The position numbers were made by a program, and so were the translations under genes. From positions 8,370,001 to 8,434,000 of the forward strand of contig OU015569.1 of NCBI GenBank assembly GCA_907165135.1: 64,000 nucleotides of DNA, written 5' to 3'. A model generated the notes under the pieces. It was given only the letters and a program-made list of their open reading frames with translations, was not told the origin of the DNA and searched no databases. This document shows, one piece after another, positions 24,808-39,198 of the stretch; position 1 is the first letter of the stretch; each line of letters begins with the position of its first letter. This DNA comes from Oikopleura dioica. Its lineage: Eukaryota > Animalia > Chordata.

Positions 24808-26370
24808 TTAATAACGATTGTAGCTTCCTATGAAATTGCGAAGATATCGGACATTCGAGCTTGGTTCTCTGAAACAGTCTCAATCAGAAGATAAAGAAAG
24901 TTAGATCGAACCTGTATTTTCCCCAAGCACCAAGTGGAACTACAATCGCCGTGCAGTTATCAGTACTGCCCATGTGCAACGCGGTTTCGACTAAATGCCT
25001 AGCAGACTCGATAGCTTGGTCACGTGAAAGCACCTAAATATTTCGATTCCAAATAGATTGAATTGAGAGAAAGTGGAAATAGACCTGGGAGACAATCTCA
25101 TTGACGCTAAGTGGCCCTGAGACTCCATCAGATAGCAGGACAAGGAACGCGTCGCAGTTGTGATTGACAGTTGTTATTCTAGCATAATCAGGGTCGCCTA
25201 TCGGGAGTTCCTCATACGAACACGGCTAAATATTTAAAATATGCTGAGTAGAGCCACGGGTACCTCAGCTGTTATCCCATACTTCTTTAATTGAATATCT
25301 CCAATTGCTCTGGTCATGTTTATGCTGCCGTGTTCAGGGACATGGACTCGGTACTCGCCATCGGACTCGGTGACTTCTGCTCCGGCCGCTGTTATCCTGA
25401 TGACGTTTATTATTAAACCATATATTCAGGAATGTAAGCCACCTTTCAAATTCTGTTTCTCTTAGAGGATTGTTTCTCATCTCCAGTGAATGGTCGAAAG
25501 TAAGTCTTTTCGGCACTCCGTTTCTACACAAGATCGCCCTAGAGTCACCTACCCACGCCCAAGTCATCACATACCCATCCTCGATGACAACAGCAGTGCA
25601 AGTTGAGCCGCTTTTCGCCGGATCACGTTCCATGCGCTGTTTCTGTTCAGAGTGGCCCCGCATGCTTTTATCCTCGTAAAAATCCTCGGGAGTGTTCGAG
25701 TGGGCAATCGCTAGCTCGCTAAATGCTTGATCGACATCTGTAATTGTCTTCTTCAGGGCAGCGGGCATCTTTAATTTTCGTTTCAAATTGCGCTGAAGGA
25801 ACCGCGTGAAATTATCCCGAGCGTAAGTTGCGCACAGATCATTTCCATGGCCATCGAAAACGGCTACCTACAAAATGAAGAACAAAGGGTTGGCGATCTT
25901 TTCCTTTACTAGAACCGTATTTTCGCTCATTTTCTCAATGAGAAAGCGATCTTCCTGTTTTCTTCTTCTGCCCTTGAGTGATTCAACGCCAATGTCTTCG
26001 ATAGGAATTTTAGGAATCAGAACACCATGACGCACACTCTCATCTAAATTTATCTCTGCTATGTGTTGAGAGACTGATCCTTTCTAGGTTTGGATAGTTT
26101 TGTCGACACAATTCCTGTGTACTTGGAGTCCCAGTAGCCTAACCTATCGTAGTAAGAGCTCTTCTTGCCGATTTCATCCTCTCTCTCAATTCCTAAATTT
26201 AAAGATTCCGTAAATTCAAAAGTCAATTACGGAGAAGGCGCAGGTACTGAGTTAATGGTAAATAACGAGTTTTAGTAAGTGCGGTGATTGTGATAACCTC
26301 TAAAGCAATGAACAAAGCTGTCTCCTAAAAACACCAGAACGTAACAGGCGAGAATGATACACCTTCTTAC
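24808..26370 (-). CDS. PPM1K: PP2C-family phosphatase, PPM1K-like (5' end uncertain)
   Basis: RHGVLIPKIPIEDIGVESLKGRR..EDRF, AVFDGHG, SGSTCT, WVGDSRAILCR, MTRAIGD, SDG and DNCTA motifs. Stop at 24808-24810. Confidence 0.8.
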
Positions 26371-26838
26371 CACGTGAGAAGCGCTTCTCGACTTTCTTAG
26401 GGCGTCTCGAAGCCGACTGAATTTGCCACGACGAAGAGGCGGACAGAAGCCTTTGAATGGGATCAAACACGACAAAAAATGACTACCACTAACAAAATGC
26501 CAGTACCAGCAAGATTTCTGATTTGAATCTGGAAATTCACCACCCACAACCTAAGAGACTTCTGCGAGCGTATCATCGTGCAATTTGTTTATCTAAATAA
26601 CGGAATCTTACTGTCTCTGATTGCTCATTTCATTTTGCAGGAAATATGAAACATTTGAGTTTTCGCTTTGAAAGAAAAGCTGAAAACTCGAGTCTTTTTT
26701 GAGGGAACGAAATTGAACTTTTATTGAAGTGCGTCTTACATATTTTCTGAGATTACATGGGTGCTGAGGTAATGTGAGTATAAGTAATCTCTTGACAAGT
26801 TGGTAAGTGATTGTTGTGTTGGAATTTCTAGCAGTGAG

Positions 26839-28983
26839 CTATTTGTAGAAGGAGTCGCTCGAAGTTTCGGTTAGAGAGGGCATTGAACGTGCAGGGTTTA
26901 GTTGCCTCCGCGAGTTTATTTCTGATTTTTAGTAATTCTAACGAGTTAGTAATCGAACGTTATGTTATTGAAATAAACTCTACCCAGTGAGATGTGGTCG
27001 GGGACTAAGATCTCGGCAGAAATCTGTGCGTGGACTAAAATCGGATAAGGCACATCAAGCGTATTGAAGCGTTTTTGCGGATGAACACTACGCTAATTAT
27101 GCTTTCTATCCGTTTCTATTAAGCCATTTATGATTAAGTAGCTCTTTGGCGGAAGGCCGCGTGTCACAGTCTTTTTGAAGAGTCAGTATAATGAAATCTT
27201 GGGCGTCCATGTCGACTTCGTCCCAGTAAGGCGATGGGAATTCAAAACTTCCATTCAAAATGATATGAAACAATTCTTGCTCATTTCCACTGTCGGAAAG
27301 AAACGGGCTGAATCCACAAAGCATAATATAGGTGATGACACCCAGTGCCCAAACGTCAACGCCTTCATCGTAACCTAATAGTTGAATTAAATTTACTGTT
27401 TTGCACCTAAGGCCGTACCTCTACCAGTTATCATTTCCGGTGCAGCATAAGTGGGGGTGCCACACAGCTGCACAAGCTTTTCATATTGACTTTTCACAGT
27501 AGCAAGGCCAAAATCGCAGAGTTTCAGTCGCTTGCTGCCATCGGAGTAATAATGCACCAGCAAGTTCTCGGGCTTGATGTCTCTGTGAACTATTCGGAAG
27601 CTATGGAGGTAATGAAGAGCGTTCGCCAAATTGTACGTAAATTGACATGCTTGGTATTGACAATAGATTTCTGAAAGATTTCCAAGTAAGTATGACTTCT
27701 CCAATCATCTGAGTTACCTGACTGAGTGATGAAGTCGTACAGATCGCCGCCAGTGATGAGCTCGAGTATCAGGTAAATGTGATGTTTAGTTTGATGATCT
27801 TCCAACAGTTTGACGACGTTAGGATGACAGATGCGTTTCATAATTTTGATCTCTTGCTCAGCTATTCTCCTGTTTTGAATTTCGATCACTTTAATAGCCA
27901 CTTCTTCGTGATTTCGTTTGTTCACTGCACGGCGGACCTCCGCGAAATGACCGTCACCAAGTTTTTCGCCCATTAAAAACTGTGTCCGTATGCTCTTCGG
28001 CCACTTAAAGTAGATGTAATTAATTCATTCAATTAAAATCTTAATACTTACCATAAAGGAGCCATATTCTGAATTATTGCGGGTGAGAGAGCCAGTATTG
28101 AATTCACACAGGCTTGATTTACGCTGGACTCGACTCTTCTGGTTGCTAGAATGACGATTTGGTAACGCTTTGATTTCGTCTTTGTGAAGCTTCAGATCTC
28201 GTGGAAGAATTTTGGTTCTCATTGATGGGCAAGCTATGAAGGTGTACGCTGTATCGAAAAGGTCTTCGAGCTTCGAAACTGACAGCCCAGTAGGGACAGC
28301 TACAAGCTTTCGAACAGCAAAATCAACTGCTTCGGAGATTTTGTCCTTTACATCTTCGAGCGAGTGAGCAGTTTTTTTATTCAAAACGAAACGGCACACT
28401 TTTCGTGGCCGATTGCCATGCGATAGAATGAATATGATTCTAGGTCTGACGAATTCTGACGCGCCCAAACGAGAGTTTGGTGACTTTGTGGAGTATGACA
28501 TGGATTTGAACAAAGCCCGTGCTCTGGGATTCGTTTGTCGTGTACATGAAGAGAATATTTGAAGATAATCGCAGTTCTAGGAAATAGATTAAAGCTTTGC
28601 TGAAGTCGGATGGACTACTTTGAAGGGCTCTTTTCCGGCAGCGACAAATGAGCCGCCTTGACAAATCTCGTTGAGCGACAAGATCTCTTCCCCGTTAAGA
28701 TTGTAAATGGCGCGAACTCCTGAAGGAAGCGAAGATGAAGCAAGCTGAGAAGTTAGCTCGTTGTACAGGTTTCCTATGTTCCCATATCGCTCCAGCGAGA
28801 CAGGAAGCTGATACCCGCCATAATGAGTATCTCCGTTTCGATAGAACCTAAGTCGGAAATTATAGGAAAGGAAAATGATTTGTACCTGCATCTGTTAGCT
28901 CTTCTCGATGCCGATCGACTCAGACATCGACTTAGCGCGCCGGAGCTCGGAGATGCCTCCGGCGTGCAGGAACCTTTACTCAT
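26839..28983 (-). CDS. DCLK: Doublecortin-like kinase (two DCX domains plus CAMK-type kinase)
   Basis: RFYRNGD DCX1 and [17 protein letters not shown]2. Kinase motifs [29 protein letters not shown]. Confidence 0.88.
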
Positions 28984-29643
28984 GAATTTTACCGGCTTCG
29001 TATCTAAATACATTAATAACAGTTCTATTAAGAAGTTCATTATTTTCAGAATTAATGAATAGGTAAGTACGCACGAGAAAAGATTTTAAAGTTGAAGCAG
29101 AAGGACAGAATCAGGAAATTATTATATCTCTCATTGCCAGGGTCCTAGGTGAAGAAGATAAATAGTTGATTGAAAAAGTCTCATTAATTAATCTCAGTTT
29201 TGATTTTTATTATAAGTAATGGCAACAAAGGCTCCTTCTGTATTCGGTGGATAAAAATTATGACTCCCAGGCTGGCTGACGAAGCTACTAAGAAATAAGA
29301 GTGAATTGGAGGTGATTCAATTTTACCATCGTTTCCAATTACCGTAATCCGAAAAGAATAAAATTGCCTTATTCATGAATTATTGAAAACTATTCAGTAT
29401 TGAGTCTGGAACAGGGAGTTTATCTTTCTCTAGGCATAATTTGTGAAGAAAACAAATAGGGACAAAGAGCGTTTTTATAGCTCGCGCCCGTTGAGTCAGA
29501 ATGAACGGTGGGGACTGGGGAAAGAGTCGAAGCCAGAAGGAAGCCCTTGGGCAGCGATCCGATCAACGAAAGCAAAATTCAAAGAATCATAGTAATTTTA
29601 AATATTGTAGGGAGTCAAGGGCGATCTTGCTAAGAAAAGAGAT

Positions 29644-30822
29644 TTATTTTCCAGCTTCAAGAGATAATACAGGAAGTATTTTAGAAACGTCACAACCCCT
29701 CATTTGAATAACACTTTTAGCAGTTCCATGACCAGTTTCTATGGCATTTTCCAGTGCAAAAAGTGAAGAGTCATCACCCGAATTAAGAAGTTCAAATATG
29801 AAGCCACCACAAAAAGCATCTCCAGCTCCAGTCGTATCGATGACCCTGTCTTTGTGGACCTTGAAACAGTTAAGCTTTGGTCGATTTTGTGAGACAGACC
29901 TTGTTGACAGGGAATTCATGAACACTTCCTTCGAATAACATCAGCGTTGGAGCGGAGCCAGAAGTTACGAGGAAAGTCCTTCTTTGTTCACCAAGGTATG
30001 ACAGTGCATCCATTTTATGAAGAATATCGTGTACTGATTCGTAGTCCCATTCCATTGCTTGAGCAAAAGCTTCATATTCGACAGTGTTTCCAAATACAAA
30101 GGAAGTGTATTGCATTAAGCACACGAGCTCATCACGGAATTTGTGAACTAGAGACTCTGCCGCGAGATTGAATCCGTAGTGCTGACCGTTTTTGGCAGCA
30201 TGAGTTGCCATTTTAAAAGCACATTCGATGCCATCAGGTGATAAGAAAAACCAAGACGCTTGAAATATGAATGATGCTTTCTTCCATCTGTCTTCTAATT
30301 TCTCCAAGTCAGTGGTAGAAAAATGATTCGCCATCACGACCGGGCCAAGAAGTGATCGTTTACCACCCTCAGTGACGAGAGCAACTGTGTTCCCAGTGGG
30401 CACTTTACTCTTAAACTCCCTTAGCGCTCCGAAATCCTCTAAAGCCTGTAAACCTGCACACGATGGAAGGAAATTCCGTTCGACGTAAGCATTTCATGAA
30501 TTTTGTCGCCAACACCATCCATGCCAGTTACACCAGCGAAATCGACACTGACGCATGATCGTCTACCAGCTAGTTTCGATATAACTCGAGAGGTGTTCAA
30601 AGCGCATCCTCCAGGAACGCGGAGAGTATTTGTGTGTGATGAGACTTCCTTGAACAATGGCTCATGTTCTTCCTCGGCCATGATTTGATCGTCAAGATTG
30701 AGATTCTGTACTCAAAGAGTATATCAACGATTTTTAAACTCAGGTACCCATTTCTTGACGTAACTGGTGTCGGTTTCCAGGATCAAGTCCATCAAAACAT
30801 TTCCAAGAGAAAAGTAAGACAT
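29644..30822 (-). CDS. Adenosine kinase-like PfkB carbohydrate kinase (divergent paralogue)
   Basis: MSYFSLGNVLMD, PGGCALNT, FVFGN and DTTGAGDAFCGG motifs. TTTAG acceptor just upstream of the ATG. Confidence 0.82.
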
Positions 30823-30932
30823 TCTAAATGCAATGAATCAAAAACTAGATGAGCGACTTCGGTTGTTTGAGCGAAGAAATTGGAACATCAGACGGAAATT
30901 TCAAAAGTCTATAATATGTGTTTGATGCGGCT

Positions 30933-31716
30933 TCAGGCCTCTTCGCATTTCTTTCGCATGCTGGTAATGGTCTCAGCCCAGTTCTCTGATTTTATTATTG
31001 CCGATCCTGCAACAATCGAGTTGGCTCCTGCCTTGTAGCATAAGTCAATATTTCCAATACCAACTCCTCCATCGACTTGAACATCACCTGGAAAGAATAA
31101 ATTACTCTAAAATCATTATTTTTTCCTCAACGTACATTCTGGATATTGTTCCCGAATCGCGCTCACTTTCGACATCATATCACCCATAAACTTTTGTCCG
31201 CCGAATCCCGGCTCCACGGTCATTACAAGTGCGTTGGTGACAGGAATCTGATTCTTCTGGCACTTCTGCATCACTTCAAGAAGCGGCGCAACGGGAGTTT
31301 TGGGCTTAATCGCCACTCCAGCGAGCATTCCTTCCCTTCCGATCTCTTGAACAATATCCACAGCTTCGTCGACACTTATTGTTATTATTATGTTCGAGAC
31401 CCTTTATTATGAGCAATTACCCCTCGACTGCTTCCAAATGGAACGTAAAAGCTGATGCTCCTGCTTTTTTGTAATCCTTGATCCACATTCTCGGTTTCGA
31501 CACCATGAGATGAACATCAAGATAGGCGTCTGGGCCGAGCTCCTTTCTTAAGCTCTCTACAACGGGATGACCAAACGTCAAGTTGGGCACGAAATGTCCA
31601 TCCATCACGTCCAAATGCATGATGTCAGCGCCGGCAGCAAAAAGCTTCTTGCACTCGGAGCTCAAATTGGCGAGGTCCGCATTCAAAATCGAGGGCGCGA
31701 TCTTCAATTCTGGCAT
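30933..31716 (-). CDS. RPE: Ribulose-phosphate 3-epimerase
   Basis: [43 protein letters not shown]. Confidence 0.95.
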
Positions 31717-31852
31717 TCTTAAAAATCCAATTCACAAAATTTGATGAACATGAGTTTATTAATTACAATAACTCGAATAAGAAAGGAAACAAGATAGGAA
31801 CATGAGATAGTTGAACTGGATATTTGCGAGAAGGGCGAAATTTGCGAAATTT

Positions 31853-33181
31853 TCACAGTGTGTGATTTATTTTCATATCTTTTAGAATATCTTTTAGACT
31901 TTGCGTTCCTCTATGTCTTTCACTGAACTTCTGATTGAAATAATCGAAGCCCTCAACCTAAATTGCAGAAGTTATATAAGAGTCATCGCGCTTGCATGCT
32001 GCAGATCGTATGGATAGAGCTCTCTAGGCGAGAAGCTCCTCCTCAAAAGTGAAATAAAGAAACTTACGTAAGCTGGAACCTCTGTAGCACTTTGTTCGGA
32101 TTTGGGCGTGTGGCGTTGCACTGGAATAATCGTTGGCGCTGTATCAAAATTCGGCAGTCCGTTTGAATCGAAGGTATTGTCAAAACCGTCTGAGGATACT
32201 GTCGAAATCGAGTCAGGCATCGAACTTACATTTTTAGCGGGCTTAATCACTGACTTAACAAAGCGAAATAACAATTTTCAATTACTTTTAACACTTCTGG
32301 TGCTGATATTTGAATCTGAGGCGCTAATATCTTGATCCCAAGAAAAACGGCCTCGTATGTGCTTGAGACCTTTCCGTACGAGTTTTCGATTCTGTCCATC
32401 GTCCAATGACACGTTTTATCGTAGTTGTCTTGAACATTTTTGAGGATTAAGGTTAATGCGACTTGAAACCTGTGCATCCCCGAACAGACTCCCTAAACTC
32501 GTCCATTATTCGGGTTATTGGGCGGGGGCAGTTATTGTCTGCAAGATATTGTAGAAGTCCATTTGAGACAAGGACGACAACCATGTTCGGCGAAACTTCT
32601 GATTGTGGATAAACATCGACGGAAATAGTCAATGAGAAGCAAGAAACTTCCACGGACGGCCACTTAAAATAAGAAATTGCAAATAAAAGCGAGTTCTCAC
32701 CATTGCGACTTGACAGCCCAAGGTTCCAGTGTATAAATATCCATCATGTCTGAGTATAAGACCGAATTGAGGCCCCTGATTCGACGTTGGAGAACCAGAA
32801 CATTCTCGTCTTAGTTCTTCGAGGAGTTCTGAAACCGATCTTTGGGTCTGAAGTTGTTTTTACATTTGTGGAACTCGCAAATGACATCTGACCTGCGACG
32901 GATTCTTTTGCTCAGCTATGCCCATGCAAGTAAATGCAATCTTTGCACGATATTTAAGTTTTTCATCGGAGTGCGTAAAAGCGAAGAAGCCGCAGCAGTC
33001 AACTGATTGGATTCTCCAAGAAAATGTACAATACTGAGAAGAAGTTGAGCCTCGACAAATTACAGTTCACGATTACCCTTATTGGACATGAGTTGTAGGC
33101 CGAAAAGCCTGGGATTCCACTAATGTCATCTGTCCAGTCCGAATTGGAGTGAACGAAAGCTCCTCCATGAGGCTCCAGCAT
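31853..33181 (-). CDS. Divergent TAB1-like pseudophosphatase (TAK1-binding protein 1)
   Basis: N-terminal SDWTDDI (TAB1 SWTDDL). VVLVSNGLLQYL (TAB1 FLVLMSEGLYKAL). C-terminal VPAY|VEGFDYFNQKF (TAB1 VEPYVDFAEFYRLW). Confidence 0.6.
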
Positions 33182-33614
33182 TCATGAATCCTTTGATTAT
33201 ATCTGCAAGTCAGAATCGACGCTCTGAATTTATCATAATTCAACTAGATTCTTGAACTTTACTGAACCCGATCGAGCAAAGTATAAATGTAACACCGTTT
33301 CAGCTGTGAAAAGCTTCTTTTATTTGGATAATTTGATATTCGGTGGAATTGGTGTTATTGAAGAGGATTTTTTGTCAAAGGGACAGGCTCCACACTGTCA
33401 GGACATGAGGTCTAACTGACCTTCAGAGAGTTTAAGGTTATCTAATTGCACTTTACAGAAAATCTTTGCGTTAATAGACAAAAATAAAATGTCAAGATAG
33501 AAATATACTTTTGCGAAGACTGGGTCATTTGATTAGGAAGGAAAGAACATTACTTCTGAGTAAAATCTCGCATGATAAATATTGAAAGAAAGAGTTGAAG
33601 AGAGGTAAATGCAG

Positions 33615-34820
<1,206 letters not shown>

Positions 34821-36198
34821 TATTCTGAAAATTTTGACTTTTAAACTCGTCAAATATTTCCTATAATTGAAAGAAAGGCGCAATCTCTTTGTTTAGCTCT
34901 TGAGCATGTGATCTCTCGAATCAAATGACTATTTGCATTGCCACTATCAAAAAAGAAAAAGTAATATGTTCTATCTCTTCACTCTCAGTTAAATACTGGT
35001 TAAAAGGCGCCTCAGAGCTAACTGTTGATGGTGAGATTCAGAAAAGCTGAATCGAAATTCTTCGTTTATCGGCTTCTGCTCTCACTGCTCCGAGACTCGA
35101 TCGGTTTGGCGAGAACCTTGTTACGCTAGGGGTGGGATTATGGGTGGTGTCGTTTTATAGCGGGAGGAATCTAGCTAATCAAAACTGGCGAGATCTTCTT
35201 TTCTCGCTCATGAGATTCTCAATCACAGACATCAAATCGAAAGGCAAGTCTTTTGTAAACACTGTCTGATAAAGCTATTTGAACGCATCGACCGACCAAC
35301 TGACATCAATTCAATTTGAATACGGCCAATAATTTGCCCCGTTGATTAATCGTCCAGACTCCGTAGTTGATTGAATCAACTTAATTCTCAGTATTATTTC
35401 TGGCGAACAGATTCCGTCCAAACCTTTCAAATGTGCTAAGCGGGGGTAATAACTTCGGGACTAGCCCTCATTCTCAAATATATTTTCCCTGCAACAAGTC
35501 AAACTACAACCACTGATGGACTCGTCCCTCAACCTGCCGATTGCGTGAGTTTGCTCCTGAACATCTGCCGTTGCTTGAAAAAGGACGACAAAAAGAGAGG
35601 AGTAGAGTTTGATAAATTTATTTTCCCGTTAAATGAATTTTTGGTTGAGTCAAGGGCGACGCACAGGCGATGACCTTGAACAGCTCTAAGGAAAACGAAT
35701 AGAACTTCGGCTATATCAGCTTAGACACGAGGCAAATGAGAGATTGAAGGGATGTTTTTCGCGTATAAGCTGGTATGAGGAACTACTGGGGAGAGGAAAG
35801 TTAAAAAAGATGATAACTGATTGAGAAAAGAAGGTTGACGAGCTTTCTCCAAAAGAAAGAAACATTCCCAGAAGGGAGATCGAAACTATCACTTTCTTGT
35901 GTCAGAAGAAGGATAACATTATCCTTAGACACGTTCTCAGAAATGGCTCATCGAAAAGGGCGCGGAAACGAGAGGCAATATTGCTGGTGAAAAACGCTCC
36001 GAACGGAGACTTGGAATAAATATTTTTGAGTTACAAAATTCAACAAAATAAATAAAGTTATCAGAACCAAGAGCTCGCATGCTGCTAGCGTTTAGGTCCA
36101 TTCAATAAATAAGAGGTTTACCTCGGCTCGATAGAGTAACAATGAAATGAATAATGACATCGAGACAAAGTTATCGGGGTCCACAGGTTGGTCGTGAG

Positions 36199-37492
36199 CA
36201 GGGGTGACCATTTGGGCATTGGGCATTTGGGCAAATCGGGCAATTTTCGGGCAAAAACGCTTTTGGGCGGGCATTTGGTCGGCTCAACGCCTGAAAATAG
36301 GCTGGGCAACATTGGAAAAGTCGGGCATTTGGGCATTTTCTGGGCAGTTGGGCACCATCGGGCAGTTGGGCAAATGCCCACCGGGGGAAATCATGAACGT
36401 GGGCGTTTTCCTGTCCGCTTATTGGTCGTTAAGCTCAGAAACAAGAAAAAAGATATAAGGAGAAGGTTCTGCAAGGGTGTGTGAAGTGGACCTCTATGGT
36501 TAGCTGTCTACCTTTGACCTCTTGATCTTTCTGTGAAATTATCCCTACCCTTAACAACCAACCCCTTCTTTGCGGAGATGGTTCTGCAAGGGTGTGTGAA
36601 GTGGACCTTCATGGTTAGCTGTCTACCCTTGACCTCCAGATCCTTTTTATCCCTCATTTTTCCAAGTTGTAAATTCCAACCCCATTTTTGAACCTCTTTT
36701 TTTTCGAGACGGTTATGCAAGAGTGTGTGAAGTGGACCTTAATGGTTAGCTGTCTATTCTTGACAACCTGATCGATCTTTTACAAAATTATTTTTAACTT
36801 CTCAATACACGGGCGCGCGACTAAACGCTCAAAACACGTGGTCCAATTATTGGACCACAATGCATTATTCAGCCCCGCGCGGCGCGCCAAATTCATAGTG
36901 TGAAAAATAGCGCCCAGAATTTTTGGCCCTAATTCACGTTTCCGTTGAGTAAAAAAGCTCATCAATGTATTGTTAGAGAGCGTGAACCCTCTTCTATAAA
37001 AATATACAATTGTCAATTGAAAAATCCTTTGCGATTTTCAACCAGAGAGCGATAGAGAAATGTGGCGCAAAACGCCACCACTTTTGAGTTTTCATTCGAA
37101 ACTTCACAGAGTGGTTCGTTTCCGTCCTATCAGCTCACATTACAAAATTCAGGTCAAACAGATTACTACAACGGGAATTACAGGGGGTCAAAGTCGCCGT
37201 GGTCCAATGATTGGACCACGTGTATTGAGAAGTTAACCGCTTTTTAAATACATTTCAAACCTTCCAAATCTTCAACTGTAATAAATTATAGAGAGAAATT
37301 TAAAATATTAAAGTTTTAACAAGCCCGAAATGTCGGGAAAATTTTTGCCCGAAAAATTGCCCAATTGCCCGATTGGGCATTCTGGGCACATTGGACTGGT
37401 CGGGCATTTGGTCGGCCCGGGTCTTGATTTTTGGTATTGGGCGGGCAATTGGTCGGCCCGACGATGATTTTTTGCCCAAATGGTCACCCCTG
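36199..37492. mobile_element. Non-autonomous hAT-like transposon, copy 1
   Basis: TIRs CAGGGGTGACCATTTGGGCA / TGCCCAAATGGTCACCCCTG with a perfect 8-bp TSD GTCGTGAG. Subterminal GGGCA arrays, three internal ~45-bp repeats, and a second copy at 60474. Confidence 0.93.
36798..37232. mobile_element. MITE nested in hAT copy 1, TTAA target duplication (piggyBac-type)
   Basis: TIRs CTTCTCAATACACG / CGTGTATTGAGAAG flanked by TTAA on both sides (36794-97, 37233-36). Absent from hAT copy 2. Confidence 0.8.
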
Positions 37493-37845
37493 GTCGTGAG
37501 TATTCGGATTTCCAGGGCAGGAATCAAGGCAAAAGCAGCTCAGTATATTTTGTTTTCGGAAAAAGACCATAGAATAGGATTTGAGCTCCGTTTGCGTGAA
37601 CGCTGACATGGAAATCAATTGTCAAAGTGCCCATAAATGAGTGGAAGAGATGATCTCGGAATCCGCTTGGAGAAATTCACAATAGGCCAAAATGAGAGTC
37701 CGAAAAAAGAACGACTATTACATAGATGACCTGGGTTGAATGAATTTTTGAATAGATATGAATGAATGAATCTGAATTTGGCAAAGCGGACTCACGGATC
37801 TTCGGGAAGAAAGTGACACAGAAGGTACCGGGGAATAATGTTTCT

Positions 37846-39198
37846 TTAATCTTCCTGGGCCTTGGCAAGCGTGCGGAACACGGGGAGGCGATCAGCGGAC
37901 CAGATTTTGGAAGAAACTTCGAGTAAAGTTGACTGCGACGAACTGCCCGCAGCGGGAACCGCACCAGTGCTTGTTGGATTCCATGTTCGAGACCAGCCAT
38001 TCGATGGGACACTGTCGAACTTCGAGCTTGGTGGAGAATAGGACGTCGACTCGGGTTTGGTGATCAATTGAAGTCCGTTAAAATCATCGTAGATGCTCTG
38101 CCAGTAGTCTTCAATCAGCTGTTAGATAATGAGTTGAGAAAATGATCATACCATCATTGTACTGGTTGGAAGACGAGGAGGACTCAGACTCCTGCTGGCT
38201 CAAGATAGAAGCATCCGATTGATTTCGCCAAATCGAGTTCATTGAACCGATAGAGTTCAAGCTCCTGCTAGCAGGAACTGGCATCGATGCAGAGGACTCA
38301 ATCTTTGGCCAATCGGACTCAATCCTTCAAAGACTGTTAATTGACGCAGACTTGAGAAACCTACCCATAATTAAACTCGTTCGATTGGAGAGAAGCAAGT
38401 GTAGCGTTCTTGCGCAGAGTTGTGGATTTGGTAGCGGGCTCGTTCGGAGCTGGCCGCAGCGCTTCTATGTCGTTGTGCACAAAGTGACAGCGGTTGCCAT
38501 AGGGACAGACGCCCACCGTGTGGAAGCTATCACACATCTCAGTCTTGTACTAAAGAAGGATATCGAGATAGCTTAACAGCGAATCCTCTTACTTTTGGAT
38601 GGCGTAAGACATTTCGAAGCTCTTTAGGTGAGTGGGCGAACTGGCACTTCTTTCCGTAGCGGCAGAATCCAGTGTCCTCCCACGATCGACAGAGCTCGGT
38701 TTTGTAGAGAGAAGTCTTAACGATTTAGGTCAACATATTTAGGTAATCCTTATCAAAAACACTCGCTCTGACCAGGGGCCATATTTCAAAGGGTGAAAAT
38801 ATTTTTATCACTAGAAGGGCGTCACTGGACTGACCTGATCGGCCTCTTGCTTCGCCTTAAACTGTCCTCTGACTTTGGTACTCATAATCTGAGTGAATAT
38901 AAAAATATTGCACGCAAGCTCTTGTTAAATAGAGTCGAGCAGCCGGTTGTTTGTGCATTTCTGTCTAAGCTGCAGAATACATCAGTGATTAGCTCGCTGC
39001 GCCCTTTCCCAGTAGTCTAGCGCCCATAATCAAGCCCCGTCTCACCTGCTTTTGACCACTGTCCGATGAATTGCTTGTCATTGATTCGGTGCGCGAACGG
39101 AACTTGGCCAGCTCGTCACGCGACGATTTTCGACTGCTCGGCCGGAAGGAACTTTTCTTCTCCTCGCTCATGTTCTCAGCTAGATGCAATGGAGACAA
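37846..39198 (-). CDS. Tristetraprolin/TIS11-family tandem CCCH zinc-finger protein (start approximate)
   Basis: [25 protein letters not shown] and [25 protein letters not shown] fingers. C-terminal [11 protein letters not shown]1-binding-type motif. Confidence 0.9.

Noticed and set aside
36092-36720. Pro/Gly/Cys-rich ORFs in the hAT copies (also 60397-61345)
   Set aside because: By-products of GGGCA subterminal repeats; no transposase motifs.
36462-36765. Repeat-spacer pattern resembling a CRISPR array
   Set aside because: Eukaryotic context, no cas genes, imperfect repeats, partly related spacers, and it lies inside a TIR/TSD-bounded transposon present twice.
35020-37606. Possible plus-strand gene interrupted by hAT copy 1
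   Set aside because: Exon-like fragments and an open frame across the empty site exist, but no coherent gene model or homology was found, and the TIR donor is out of phase with nearby AGs.
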